Below, piece after piece: positions 26,301 to 39,221 of a DNA stretch of 64,000 nucleotides. Within the stretch, counting starts at the first letter, position 1. Each line of letters opens with the position of its first letter. Location of the stretch: positions 48,794,001 through 48,858,000 of the forward strand of contig CM060733.1 of assembly GCA_030704615.1 (NCBI GenBank), given 5' to 3'. A program made the translations under genes and the position numbers. Source of the stretch: Takakia lepidozioides (lineage: Eukaryota; Plantae; Bryophyta). A model generated the notes under the pieces. It was not told the origin of the DNA, did no database searches, and was given only the letters and a program-made list of their open reading frames with translations.

Positions 26301-29300
26301 GAAGGACTGTCACTCCTTGCTGATTGCTACTACACGGCTGACTTAGTTTCTGGTTGGCAATGTTCAGACCAAGGGAGGGATAATGCGCAAGGGGTATTTG
26401 AGTTGAAGGGTTTAAAGATAAGTACTCATAAGACGTTGTTTGCCGTAGCCTTGTGGCCATTGACCCCGCGCCCAGTTTGAGCGGGAACAAAAGGGACAGA
26501 ACCTACCTCTGTCAGGGGCTGATGTTGGTAGTAAGACTTACCTCCATATAAAGAATTAATCCGGGTTTTCCAGATATCCTCTAGAAATCCCTTCACACAA
26601 GCATCAATCTGCTGTGTGTGATTTGCCCAAAAACTAGGCCTCAGGAGGGCCTGGGCTTTTGGCTCAGCCTCGAGACTTTCAAAGTTGGTAAACAGGGGTA
26701 CAGGCACAATTCCCTTAATAGATTTGAAGAGAGCGTCTCTTTGGTGAGAGAACCCCGGACAGTGTATCAGAAAATGAATACTGTCTTCAGATTGCCCACA
26801 CAACGGGCAATTGCACTCTCCCTTTCCTCTCTGCTTCTGTTTGCTGTTCAAAGGTAGGCTTCCTGCCCTGAGTTTAAATTTCAGTCTAGTGCCGAGAGTG
26901 GGTAGACCCTTGAGGTCATCCAAGATGTCCTCCCCCATGTCACAGACTGGAAACAAGTTCAGGGAAGTTTTCTGCCTAACTTCATTTTCATCAGACAATC
27001 TCATGGCAACAGACATGGCTGAGGACACTACAGCCTCTAAGTCAGATTTATCCAGCAGGGTCAAGACTTGCGGATCCAGGTCCAGGTCCTTGAGGATCTC
27101 TTCTACTTTCTTCTGCCAGGACTTAGCCTGTTTGACAGGGCGGTCCTGTCTAAGATATAGAGTCGATTAACTTAGGATATCTGGTGTTGGGCATATGTTG
27201 CAGCTGACCCCACCATCTGACCTTGAATTCATCTCGTCGGGAGCTTAAGGACGGAATGCCAAACTCACCCCGAACAGCCACATTGGCTGTTTTGGAGCAT
27301 GCTGACATACACTCCTTAAGCACCCCCACTTGAATGGATTCTAGAGACTTAGCCTGGTTGGAGTTATCAACCCATATAGCAGATCCGTACTCCAAGGCAG
27401 GTCTAATAACGCGGCAAAGCATGGTTTTCTTAACCTCAGAGTTGACCCCTCTGCAGTGGAAAAATTTAGTGAGCCCCAGAGCTTTGCCCTTGCCAGTTTG
27501 AACAACTTTCTGGATATGTGCATCCCAATTACAATTGGAGGAGAACTCAACGCCCAGGTAAGTGTAGGAAGGGAGGACCGGGATCTCTTGGCTACCCCAC
27601 TGCCACTTAAGATCACTTCCTCCCTCTCCTCTGTCGTTGAATGCTACCACTGCACATTTGCTGACATTAGCCTCTAGCCCCCAAAGATCAAAGTATCTCT
27701 TCGCGCAATCAATCAACTCCTGGAGATTGGTTGGAGTCTCCCCTATGCCTGCAAAGTCATCCGCAAACATAAGGGCTGGTATGGTGGTATCACCCACCCT
27801 TAACCCAAATCCCTCACTTTCCACATCCTCGAGGAGTTGATTGATAAAAACATTGAAGAGCAGAGGGGAGAGAGTACATCCTTGAGCTACACCTTGGTCT
27901 ATGTCAAAGAAGTTGGACTTCTGTCCGTTAACAGTGACACAGCTTTTGGTGTCAGACAATTAGTTTCCTCCCAATGATCTTGTCAGCCACGGAGGAAACG
28001 AAACTCTCCCAAGAGTCCACTGCTCTTTCGACTTCATTTCTTGTGTTAACAGAGCGTGACTGAAGTTCTTGGAGCGATTGGACAAAATGAGGGAGAGCCT
28101 CTTGCAAGGCCTGGACGTACTCAGCCTTGACCTCCTCATTGTGGAATTTTTCTATGCGCCACTTCCGAATCGAACATTTCACAGATCTCTTCGTGGTGGG
28201 AAAACACCTTTTGATCTCAGTCCAAACCAGGAAGTGGTCAGAGGTACCAATATCAGTTCTGTCGATCAACACATTGGCACACTGGGGGAACAAAATTTTG
28301 TCCATTATGATATAGTCCACAATGGAACGTTCCCCAGTTTGGGGTTTCTCACGAGTCCACTGCACTTGGTCACCTCTTGTCCTGTTATTCAAGGTCAAAA
28401 GCTGAAGCTCTTCTAGACAGTTAATTAACCGTCTGCCATTAGAATTCAGCTCGTCCTCACCAAAAGGTCCAATGATATTGTCCTGATGGATCCCTTTGCC
28501 CACCCGGGCATTGAAGTCCCCCAATAGTACCACCTGACCTTTGGCAAGGAACGAAGCACAGTCCAGCTTTACATCTTCGAAGGCCTTGTCTGCGTCAGCA
28601 CTAAGGGTCCCCTCTGTGGGCATGTAAACACAACCCACAAAGAGGTCCTTCGTACTTATGCCGCCCTTCAAATTCAGTTTTAGCCAGATACTATGCTCGT
28701 ACCTCAAACCCTTGTTGATAATTTCACAATTGTCAAACAAGAAATCACGGACAAAGAATCCGACCCCTTTTTGACCGCGTTTGGCAGAGGCTGCCTTGAG
28801 AGTACACATCTTACCTGCCCATTTATAACCAATGACATCTCCAACCAGTTTATCCGACGTTTCCCATGTTTCTTGCCCAGCACAGATAATATCATTAGTC
28901 CAAAGAACTTGTCCCACTTCAAGTTGTTTCCTTTGGTTGGTCAACCCTGAGAGTTGAAAGTGGCCAGCCGCAAGCCAGCCCTTTGCGTGTGAATTGTTTG
29001 TCGCCTAGGTAGCTTGTGATTGCTCCTGGACGGCCAACCGTTCTGCAAAGGGGGGACAGTTACCCCATGTGTAGATTTTGCTCGTCTTGTGTAAACTTTG
29101 AGAATTGGTAAACCATTCAGGGTACCAAATCTTTCAGTTACACGACGCACAGGCTCCGCACACATAGGGGCAGATTGTCCGTCAGACTGCTTGGGGACAA
29201 TTACCCCGTGTATAGATTTTGCTCGTCTTGTGTAGACTTTGAGGATTGGTAAACCATTTAGAGTACCAAATCCTTCAGTTACACGTCGTTCAGGCTCTGC

Positions 29301-32300
29301 ACACTTAGGGACAGATTGTCCATCTGACGGCTTGGGGACAATTACCCCGTGTATAGAATTTGTTCGTCTTGTGTAAACCTTGAGGATTGGTAAACCATTC
29401 AGAGTACCAAATCCTTCAGATTCAGGACGTTCAGGTTCCGTACACTTAGGGGCATCTTGTCCTTCTGGCTGTTTGGATTCAACCTCATCCAGAGCATCAA
29501 ACCGATTAGAAACTCTCAAGTTGAAGTCCTTGCCCTTGGTTGTCTTCCTAGAGCGCCCCATTGAATCACCAATGTCTAAGACCGCTCTCCAGCCAGTCAA
29601 GGGACGAACTTCTTTGAGATTGAATTGATGCGGGACTCTATTAGAAGCACTTTTGGTCATTGCAACCTTCAACGTACCCCTGTTATCAAGTCTCGAGATG
29701 GTACCATTAGCCATGAAATCCAAGCCTAAGCTAGAGCATGTAGTTTTAAAGGACACATCGTCCATCCTGGGATTCACCCCAAAAACTACACATGAAGCCC
29801 TAGATTTGGCATAAGTAACCAATTCCCAGGGATCACCCTGAGGAGTGTTGATGTTGATAGGAGCTAAATTTTTGATTGTTTTCGCAGGCCATAAGTTTAA
29901 GCACAGGAACCAACCCGAGCCCAAGTGCTGAGTATGCTAGACAGAGCATATGACTGCCCAATTTGGGCGGAGGGGCTGCCCCCAAGCGGTAGGAGTCCGC
30001 TTGTTACCATTCAGAGATCACACTCCAGGGAGTTGCAGGGAATGGCCCGTGTAGGCATATTCTAAAGAGGGGAAGGCCCCAAGCTTTCCAACTAAATCCA
30101 ATGCACTACCTTACCTGAAGCAAAGCGCTTCAGGTCGAAACAAACAAGGACACGAGGTCACAAGGCCGGCATTTAGTCACAGAGACATTAATGTACTCCC
30201 GTTTCAAGTCCACCCAATGTCAATAGGCTTCCTAGAGGACAGGGAGAAGGTTTAAAGATAAGTGATGGAGTGGCAGGCGAGACTGCTGGGGAGGAGGTGG
30301 GGGCTGGAGTGACCCTGACAGGGGAGGAGATGGACACGTTACTTGATAAGTGCTTGCTGCAGGCATTGCATACAACGGTCAAGGACAAGGATTTGCCTAT
30401 GTCGGGTAGCACTCTGTGGTACGTCGTTGTTGCCCATTTTCTTTTGTCTACATGACTCATACCATTGTGACACTCCATTTTTTGGCTACAAATGAACAGA
30501 GCAAGCGTCGGAGTGATTTATCTAGGATGCACAAGTGTAGGATTATGAGATTGTATCAGTATTCGCAACTGTTGGCTGCAAGGCTGTAACTGTGGAAACC
30601 TTACTAAACCTTCAATGTAGAATGGTAGTACCATCTGATTCTACCCCGGGTATTCCATTGCATCTATTGCCAGTTTGTGTTTTGGGACTTGCATGGATCT
30701 AAGGTTTAGCCCTGATCAAGGTCTGGGATGAAACAGGTCAGGCCACATTCTTGCATGCAGACCACCAGGGAGCACACTGGATATTAAGAAGTCGTCCCAT
30801 AAGAAACTCTCTAAGTGGCTCCAAGCCAAAGCTACCGCTGGTTGGGTCAGTCTCTCTTGTCACTTTTTCCCGTCCTTATGCTGTGTTATCACGAGGAGAT
30901 GGGGGAAGACCCCCCATCAGACTTATAAAACCCAAATCTTGATCAACCTTGGCAATTCCCTCTATTTACCAATGTCTAAAGAGAAGTGTGCGTGACCCCC
31001 AGATCATACTCTCTTTCTCTTCCATCATCCTCTCAGGGCAGTGGTCATTAGTGTCGTGGGCATTATTTGGACCAAAGTGCATCTCCTTTTGTTCACTTAG
31101 GTTTGGAAAACAAGAGGTGCACTTAGTTCCAAGATACTCCATTTGTAGAAACTTGTGCTTCCTTTTCCTGTAAACCTGGGTTGACAGTAGTAGGTTGGGA
31201 CAAGTAAATGAAGGGCCAAAATTGTTGCATTGTTGTACCATGTTGGAGACCCTTCAGGTTGTTGAAATGTGGGTTGTTGTATCACTGAAGATCACATCGA
31301 AGGAAGACAAGCATCGTAAGGAGGTGATGTTGACAGGTGTGAATAGAGGACATCCTGACTACCAAGCGTTTCGGCCCGAGAAAAAGGTTCTTCCTCCGGA
31401 GGGCACTAGTGCATTGCCAGCTGGCAATGATGTCAATCAGACTCAGATGGCAACGGTCAGTGTTGGGTCAAGTTTCATTCTTGTTGAATGTGCAGTGATT
31501 GAGCAGGAAATACATCCCACTTAAAAACCCTGAGGATCATTACGGTAGGGATCTGGTTTGATAAGGTTGCACCAGTATTTCATGCTGTGCTCTGTTTGAG
31601 CAACATGTCCAAACAGTCAAGGACATCTAGACCTGTATGAATTGTTTCCACCTGGCAATGTATCACCATTTGGTGCATGCTCTTGAACAGTGTGGAGTCA
31701 CGTGTCTGATGGGCAATGAGTTGTGGCAGGTGGAGGTGATAGAAGTCTTCAAACCAACAATTCATGTTGTCCCTGTGTTTGAGGCTGTGGGTGCTGACTC
31801 CAGTAAATACTATACAGCTCCTGAGGCCACTGAGGTAGTGAATGCGTACGTGGAGAAGCAAAAGCTTGTGAAAGTCACAGATCGGGCAGTGGTGGTTTTA
31901 GATTTCACACTATGTGATGCACTCTACAAGGGCACTGTGAAGAAGGGGAGCACTTATCCTACCGAGATTCAGGAGCGGGATCTAGGCTTAACGTTTGTGG
32001 GCCGTATGCAAGCCCACCACAAGGTCTCAAGGGGGCCTGAGTCGGCTGTGCGTAAGGGGGTCTTGAAAAGTGTGCAAATTATGACAGAGAGGCGGCAAGG
32101 CAATAAGAAAGTGACACGCGTTTCAGGCATGGAGTCGTTCCTTGTTGATGCTGATGTCCTAGCGACAGAGCTCCAGAAGAAGTTTGCTTGCAGCACCTCC
32201 GTCGCAGAGCTTCCTGGTGAGTGAACATTTCCGTTGAGTTGGGGAATAGTCAAGAGGTCCTTCTGTATTTGAGCAGAAAATTGTGAAAGTGAGTTCTACT

Positions 32301-35300
32301 TAATGCCGCTAACTCCCAGATTCCTGCTTTAGTTATAACCTGAGCCAAGTTTTTTGACCAGTAAACTGACCCTAAGCCACCATATGGTATGAAGGTTGAA
32401 CAAACAGGAAAGATCACTAAAATGTGGGGGACTCTTGAGAGACCAGTTTGAGCATCAAGTACAGTCAGTATCTATTTCAGTAGGGGATGTGGGGGGGTTC
32501 CAGTATGTGTGTGTGTGGGAAGAGATTGTACTCATAAGACGTTGTTTGCCGTAGCCTTGTGGCCATTGACCCCGCGCCCAGTTTGAGCGGGAACAAAAGG
32601 GACAGAACCTACCTCTGTCAGGGGCTGACGTTGGTAGTAAGACTTACCTTCATATAAAGAATTAATCCGGGTTTTCCAGATATCCTCTAGAAATCCCTTC
32701 ACACAAGCATCAATCTGCTGTGTGTGATTTGCCCAAAAACTAGGCCTCAGGAGGGCCTGGGTTTTTGGCTCAGCCTCGAGACTTTCAAAGTTGGTAAACA
32801 GGGGTACAGGCACAATTCCCTTGATAGAGTTGAAGAGAGCGTCTCTTTGGTGAGAGAACCCCGGACAGTGTATCAGAAAATGAATACTGTCTTCAGATTG
32901 CCCACACAATGGGCAATTGCACTCTCCCTTTCCTCTCTGCTTCTGTTTGCTGTTCAAAGGTAGGCTTCCTGCCCCGAGTTTAAATTTCAGTCTAGTGCCG
33001 AGAGTGGGTAGACCCTTGAGGTCATCCAAGATGTCCTCCCCCATGTCACTGACTGCAAACAAGTTCAGGGAGGTTTTCTGCCTAACTTCATTTTCATCAG
33101 ACAGTCGGACACTACAGCCTCTAAATCAGATTTATCCAGCAGGGTCAAGACTTGCGGATCCAGGTCCAGGACCTTGAGGATCTCTTCTACTCTTCTCTGC
33201 CAGGACTTAGCCTGTTTGACAGGGCGGTCCTGTTTCCAAGATATAGAGTCGATTAACTTAGGATATCTGGTGTTGGGCATATGTTGCAGCTGACCCCACC
33301 ATCTGACCTTGAATTCATCTCGTCGGGAGCTTAAGGACGGAATGCCAAACTCACCCCGAACAGCCACATTGGCTGTTTTGGAGCATGCTGACATACACTC
33401 CTTAAGCACCCCCACTTGAATGGATTCTAGAGACTTAGCCTGGTTGGAGTTATCAACCCATATAGCAGATCCGTACTCCAAGGCAGGTCTAATAACGCGG
33501 CAAAGCATGGTTTTCTTAACCTCAGAGTTGACCCCTCTGCAGTGGAAAAATTTAGTGAGCCCCAGAGCTTTGCCCTTGCCAGTTTGAACAACTTTCCGGA
33601 TATGTGCATCCCAATTACAATTGGAGGAGAACTCAACGCCCAGGTAAGTGTAGGAAGGGAGGACCGGGATCTCTTGGCTACCCCACTGCCACTTAAGATC
33701 ACTTCCTCCCTCTCCTCTGTCGTTGAATGCTACCACTGCACATTTGCTGACATTAGCCTCTAGCCCCCAAAGATCAAAGTATCTCTTCGCGCAATCAATC
33801 AACTCCTGGAGATTGGTTGGAGTCTCCCCTATGCCTGCAAAGTCATCCGCAAACATAAGGGCTGGTATGGTGGTATCACCCACCCTTAACCCAAATCCCT
33901 CACTTTCCACATCCTCGAGGAGTTGATTGATAAAAACATTGAAGAGCAGAGGGGAGAGAGTACATCCTTGAGCTACACCTTGGTCTATGTCAAAGAAGTT
34001 GGACTTCTGTCCGTTAACAGTGACACAGCTTTTGGTGTGAGCATACAAGTTGTGGACAACTCTCCACCTCTTTCCCTTGATCCCACAAGACCAGAGGCGG
34101 AACCATAGGCCATCTCTCCACACTGTGTCATAAGCCTTTTTGACATCCAGGAAAAAGACATAAGTGGGTTTCCCTTCTTTTTTCCTTCCCTGGGTAATCT
34201 GGCTTAGAGTGAAGATATGATCCACACAGCCCCTGTTTCGCCGAAAGCCAGCTTGGCCTTCGTGGAAACAACCTCTAGACTCCAGATCAACCTCGAGACG
34301 AGTACTTATAACTCTGCAGAATGTCTTGCCAACAGCATTGAGGAGCGTGATGCTACGGTAGTTCCCCGGTTCTTCTCTGTCACCCTTCTTGTATAGATTG
34401 ACAATGACCCCCTGTCGCCAGCGAAAGGGGATCATTTCAGTCTTCCAGATAAGGTTAAAGAGGAGAACTAGGGCCTCTATCATGGGATCGCCACCGTGCT
34501 TGATAAGCTCGTTGACAATTCCATCAGGTCCACCAGCTTTATATCCATTTAAATGTTCAGTTGCTTCCACAATCTCAGAAGAACTAATGGGAGTGTTATA
34601 AGCCATTGAAATATACTCCAGTTCATCAGGGCTGTTGTGAATCATAGGAACAGTTTTTCCAACTGTGTCCCTCCATTCAGCAGAAGACCCCTCACTGCTA
34701 GACCTAGAAGTTCTGCCAAGGATACTGTAGTGAGTTTCAAAGGTTTTGACAATGTCAACCGATGAAGTCACCACTGCACCTTTAGTAGTCTTCAGCGCTT
34801 GTACTTGCTGACCGTTTTTAGGCTTGTACAAACGTTGAAGGGCCAACCAGAATTTCTTGTCATTACCACCATGGTGATTTGAGTTTATTTCACTGTATAA
34901 CTTGTCCCAGTATAATTTCTTCTGAGACCTAACAAGCTGATTGATATCTTTACGGAGCTGGTAGTACCTCGCCCACAATTCTCTGTTGGTTTTCAAATTG
35001 CAGCACTCTTTATAAAGGGCTCGTCTCTCAGCTATCTTGAGTTTGATCTCATTGGTCCACCAATTAACAGCTCTACCGCAGACAATTAGTTTCCTCCCAA
35101 TGATCTTGTCAGCCGCAGAGGAGACAAAACTCTCCCAAGCATCCACTGCTCTTTCGACTTCATTTCTTGCATTGTCAGCGCGAGACTGAAGGTCTTGGAG
35201 CGATTGGACAAAATGAGGGAGAGCCTCTTGCAAGGCCTGGACGTACTCAGCCTTGACCTCCTCATTATGGAATTTTTCTATGCGCCACTTCCGAATCGAA

Positions 35301-37647
35301 CGTTTCACAGATCTCTTGGTGTTGGGAAAACACCTTTTGATCTCAGTCCAAACCAGGAAGTGGTCAGAGGTACCAATATCAGTTCTGTCAATCAACACAT
35401 TGGCACACTGGGGAAACAAATTTTTGTCCATTATGATATAGTCCACAATGGAACGTTCCCCAGTTTGGGATTTCTCACGAGTCCACTGCACTTGGTCACC
35501 TCTTGTCCTGTTATTCAAGGTCAAAAGCTGAAGCTCTTCCAGACAGTTAATTAACCGTCTGCCATTAGAATTCAGCTCGTCCTCACCAAAAGGCCCAATG
35601 ATATCGTCCTGATGGAGCCCTTTGCCCACCCGGGCATTGAAGTCACCCAATAGCACTACCTGACCTTTGGCAAGGAACGAAGCACAGTCCAGCTTTACAT
35701 CTTCGAAGGCCTTGTCTGCGTCAGCACTAAGGGTCCCCTCTGTGGGCATGTAAACACAACCCACAAAGAGGTCCTTCGTACTTATGCCGCCCTTCAAATT
35801 CAGTTTTAGCCAGATACTATGCTCGTACCTCAACCCTTGTTGATAATTTCACAATTATCAAACAAGAAATCACGGACAAAGAATCTGACCCCTTTTTGAC
35901 CGCGTTTGGCAGAGGCTGCCTTGAGAGTACACATCCTACCTGCCCATTTATAACCAATGACATCTCCAACCAGTTTATCCGACGTTTCCCATGTTTCTTG
36001 CCCAGCACAGATATGAATATCATTAGTCCGAAGGACTTGTCCCACTTCGAGTTGTTTCCTTTGGTTAGTAAGCCCTGAGAAGTTGAAAGTGGCCAGCCGC
36101 AAGCCAGCCCTTTGCATGTGAATTGTTTGTCGTCTAGGTAGCTTTTGATTGCTCCTGGACGGCGAACCGTTCTGCAAAGGGGGGACAGTTACCCCATGTG
36201 TAGATTTTGCTCGTCTTGTGTAGACTTTGAGAATTGGTAAACCATTCAGGGTACCAAATCTTTCAGTTACACGACGCACAGGCTCCGCACACTTAGGGGC
36301 ATATTGTCCGTCAGACTGCTTGGGGACAATTACCCCGTGTATAGATTTTGCTCGTCTTGTGTAGACTTTGAGGATTGGTAAACCATTTAGAGTACCAAAT
36401 CCTTCAGTTACACGACGTTCAGGCTCTGCACACTTAGGGACAGATTGTCCATCTGACGGCTTGGGGACAAATACCCCGTGTATAGAATTTGTTCGTCTTG
36501 TGTAAACCTTGAGGATTGGTAAACCATTCAGAGTACCAAATCCTTCAGATTCAGGACGTTCAGGTTCCGTACACTTAGGGGCATCTTGTCCTTCTGGCTG
36601 TTTGGATTCAACCTCATCCAGAGCATCAAACCGATTAGAAACTCTCAAGTTGAAGTCCTTGCCCTTGGTTGTCTTCCTAGAGCGCCCCATTGAATCACCA
36701 ATGTCTAAGGCCGCTCTCCAGCCAGTCAAGGGACGAACTTCTTTGAGATTGAATTGATGCGGGATTCTATTAGAAGCACTTTTGGTCATTGCAACCTTCA
36801 ACGTACCCCTGTTATCAAGTCTCGAGATGGAACCATTAGCCGAGAAATCCAAGCCTAAGCTAGAGCATGTAGTTTTAAAGGACACATCGTCCATCCTGGG
36901 ATTCACCCCAAAAACTACACATGAAGCCCTAGATTTGACATAAGTAACCAATGTGTGGGAAGAGCGATTGTGAGAGAGATACTCCTAGTGAGCGTACCCT
37001 GTGAATGTTGGCTGACCCATAGGGGGGCACAGTGTCCGTGGGATTTTATCCTGCGGGGGCATGTGAGAGTTGATCAAGCCCTCCATTTTGCTTGTGCACA
37101 GCTGGTTAGAGCAAATTATGTATTGTTTCGTGTGTATGCTGGATTTCCTTCACAGTAGAAAGTATAAAGTTTGTTTGAGTCCTGCCGCTACGGCCCGATG
37201 TAACAAATGTGGTTTTGAGAATGGTTGGACCAGGATTCAATCTACCAAAGAAAAGGGAAGGCAGAAAGTAGGAAGAAAGAGAAGAACTTCATTACATCCA
37301 CAGGAAGCTAAAGAAGCTAAGAGAGGGAGGGGAAGAGAATAGAGGGTAGCCTGTTTTTGGCCAAGCTGCTGGCAGGTGTGAAGCTGCAAATTTTCACAGT
37401 TTGCCTACACCTAGTTCCGATCAAAGTCTAACTGATCAACCCTTATATCAAACAGCCTTTGTAAAAAGTTACAAGAATCTTAAGATCATAATGAATGGTG
37501 CGTGATGTGATGGTGGCAGGGAAGAAGGGCCAGAGCGAAGTTTTGGTACAAGGAGGTGTCCTGGAAGATTTAGCAAGACATTTGGTGCAGCATTATGGCA
37601 TTCCCAAAAAGCACATCGAAATCCTGGATAAGACCAAAAAAATCTAG
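23396..37647 (+). CDS. eIF2D: Eukaryotic translation initiation factor 2D (ligatin; PUA, SWIB, SUI1 domains), about 10 exons
   Basis: Exons 23396-23530, 24231-24342, 24673-24863, 25531-25625, 25906-26123, [26368-26423 + 30264-30418 split by a LINE], ~30737-30846, 31291-31455, 31730-32217, 37520-37647; motifs MFKK..RLSGADRKKLR, GGADLMFPG, DIKKSSHKKLSKWLQ, RQGNKKVT, EVLVQG. Confidence 0.9.
26424..30248 (-). mobile_element. Non-LTR retrotransposon (APE + RT + C-terminal Zn finger), copy 1, internally deleted
   Basis: 15-bp TSD GGTTTAAAGATAAGT at 26409-26423 and 30249-30263; GDFNARVG, SDH, QG..LSP, FADD, CPLC..HFL..C motifs; lacks ~1040 bp at 27952/27953 relative to copy 2. Confidence 0.93.
29070..29450 (-). 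repeat. Three 120-bp (40-aa) tandem repeats in the LINE N-terminal region (also at ~36190-36580)
   Basis: FGTLNGLPILKVYTRR occurs three times at 120-bp spacing in both LINE copies. Confidence 0.9.
32530..36951 (-). mobile_element. Non-LTR retrotransposon copy 2, 5'-truncated, in the last eIF2D intron
   Basis: 922-aa APE-RT ORF 33065-35833; very similar to copy 1; TSD TGTGTGGGAAGAG at 32512-32524 and 36952-36964, extending imperfectly through attgt. Confidence 0.95.
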
Positions 37648-39221
37648 CAAGCTGGGGCAGTTACTCTCTTACAGCCATGGGAGCTGTGGTTTTGGGAAGG
37701 AATTGTGCAAATCATCAGCAAGCACCTCTTTTATGAATGTCTTGCAAGTATGAGTGTGAAGTATTTTTTAAAACAGTTGCTGAACTCACTTAGAACTGCA
37801 TCCTGTTCACCTTATATACCCACACATGGTCTGACCAATGTTATGCTTTTCACACCATGGAAAAGCTACCAAGTTCTCATACACTGGACTGTACACTTAC
37901 ATTCCTACCATCCACAAAGTGCATTAAGAGTTAGTTTACTGATGTGTTTGACTACCTGACCCTGGCAGCTATCATGGATGGAGGGGTGGTCTGTTTGGCA
38001 CTCGTCTGTTTTGGCACTCGTCTGTCTCTTTAGTTGTTAAGCACTCTGGTTCCAGAAGCTCTCTGGGTCTGAAATTTCTCAAAGTACCACATCAAGTTCA
38101 TAAGGAGCTTATGATCATATGATAATGATCAGCCGCACTTGATCCCTTCTACCCCCTACGACACTTCTGAGCAAGCATGAGACATCCAACACTTTGCACC
38201 TGCTCTCATCAAGGCGAATATCAATATCTGGGGGCCAATTTACTAGCATTCGGGCCATGCCACTGGTCCTCAGCAGGAGACGAGATGAATCCCCTGCTCC
38301 TCCAGAAATACCCATATCTGTCTGGCTCTCCACGCAGTCACTTGTCTGGCCTGTGTTGAAGGCTGTGCCCGCATCATGGGGCTAAACGTGGACCCACTTG
38401 GAGATTCCGAGACTCCCAACAATCATTTTTCCAGAATGCAGCCAAGGCAGGCCACCGCACATTACTGAAAACCAACCATTAATTACATGATAAACGGAAC
38501 AAAATTCTCTATTTGCCCGGTCTTTGAGGCCTTCCGTTCTGCTACTCTTTGGAACGTATGGAAAACACGATGTCAATGGACATTAGCTAGGGAGAAAACA
38601 TATGCATTTCATTGCTATTGTCTACCATTTTCTTTGAGGTCCAAACTGAAGCGCGGAAGGTTTGGGCGAAGAATGGTGGCAGACATTTGCAGGGATCCGA
38701 AGGCTGAGCATCAGCTCCTCCGTAAATTCCAAAGTACCTGGGAACGGGCTGGCATCCTATGCAGCTGCACTTCGTCAATCACTGCAACTGGCCGCCCTCC
38801 CCCCTCTCGCGACTGGCAAGGATTACAGACCTGTCCCGATGCCCTGACTCCCCTGAGTGCGAAGGAGAAGTCAACTGGACGTGCCAGAGTGGGCGTCGCT
38901 CAACCCGGCTCAGTTTTGATCGCTAAGTGGGCCCACCAGAGCTTACCGAAAGACCTGCTCTCAGCAAACACTTTGGACTACTCATATACTTCCATAGATC
39001 TAGAAAGAAGGCTAGAAATTTCTTAACTCCAGAGGTCAACCACAGCTTCTAGGGATGTGCATTCATACAACCAGGTCAATGATATAGAGAAAGGTAATCC
39101 CAATTAGAACTAACAGGGAAGAAACTGATTTCTTGACAAAGATTACGTATGTATCTTAATGGATTGTGAGGACTAGCTCGAAGTGGAATTCATGCATTCA
39201 AGAGCTTTGGCATGTTATAAA

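Noticed and set aside
30193-30198. GTACTC as the TSD of LINE copy 1
   Set aside because: A longer 15-bp TSD at 30249-30263 also restores the exon frame.
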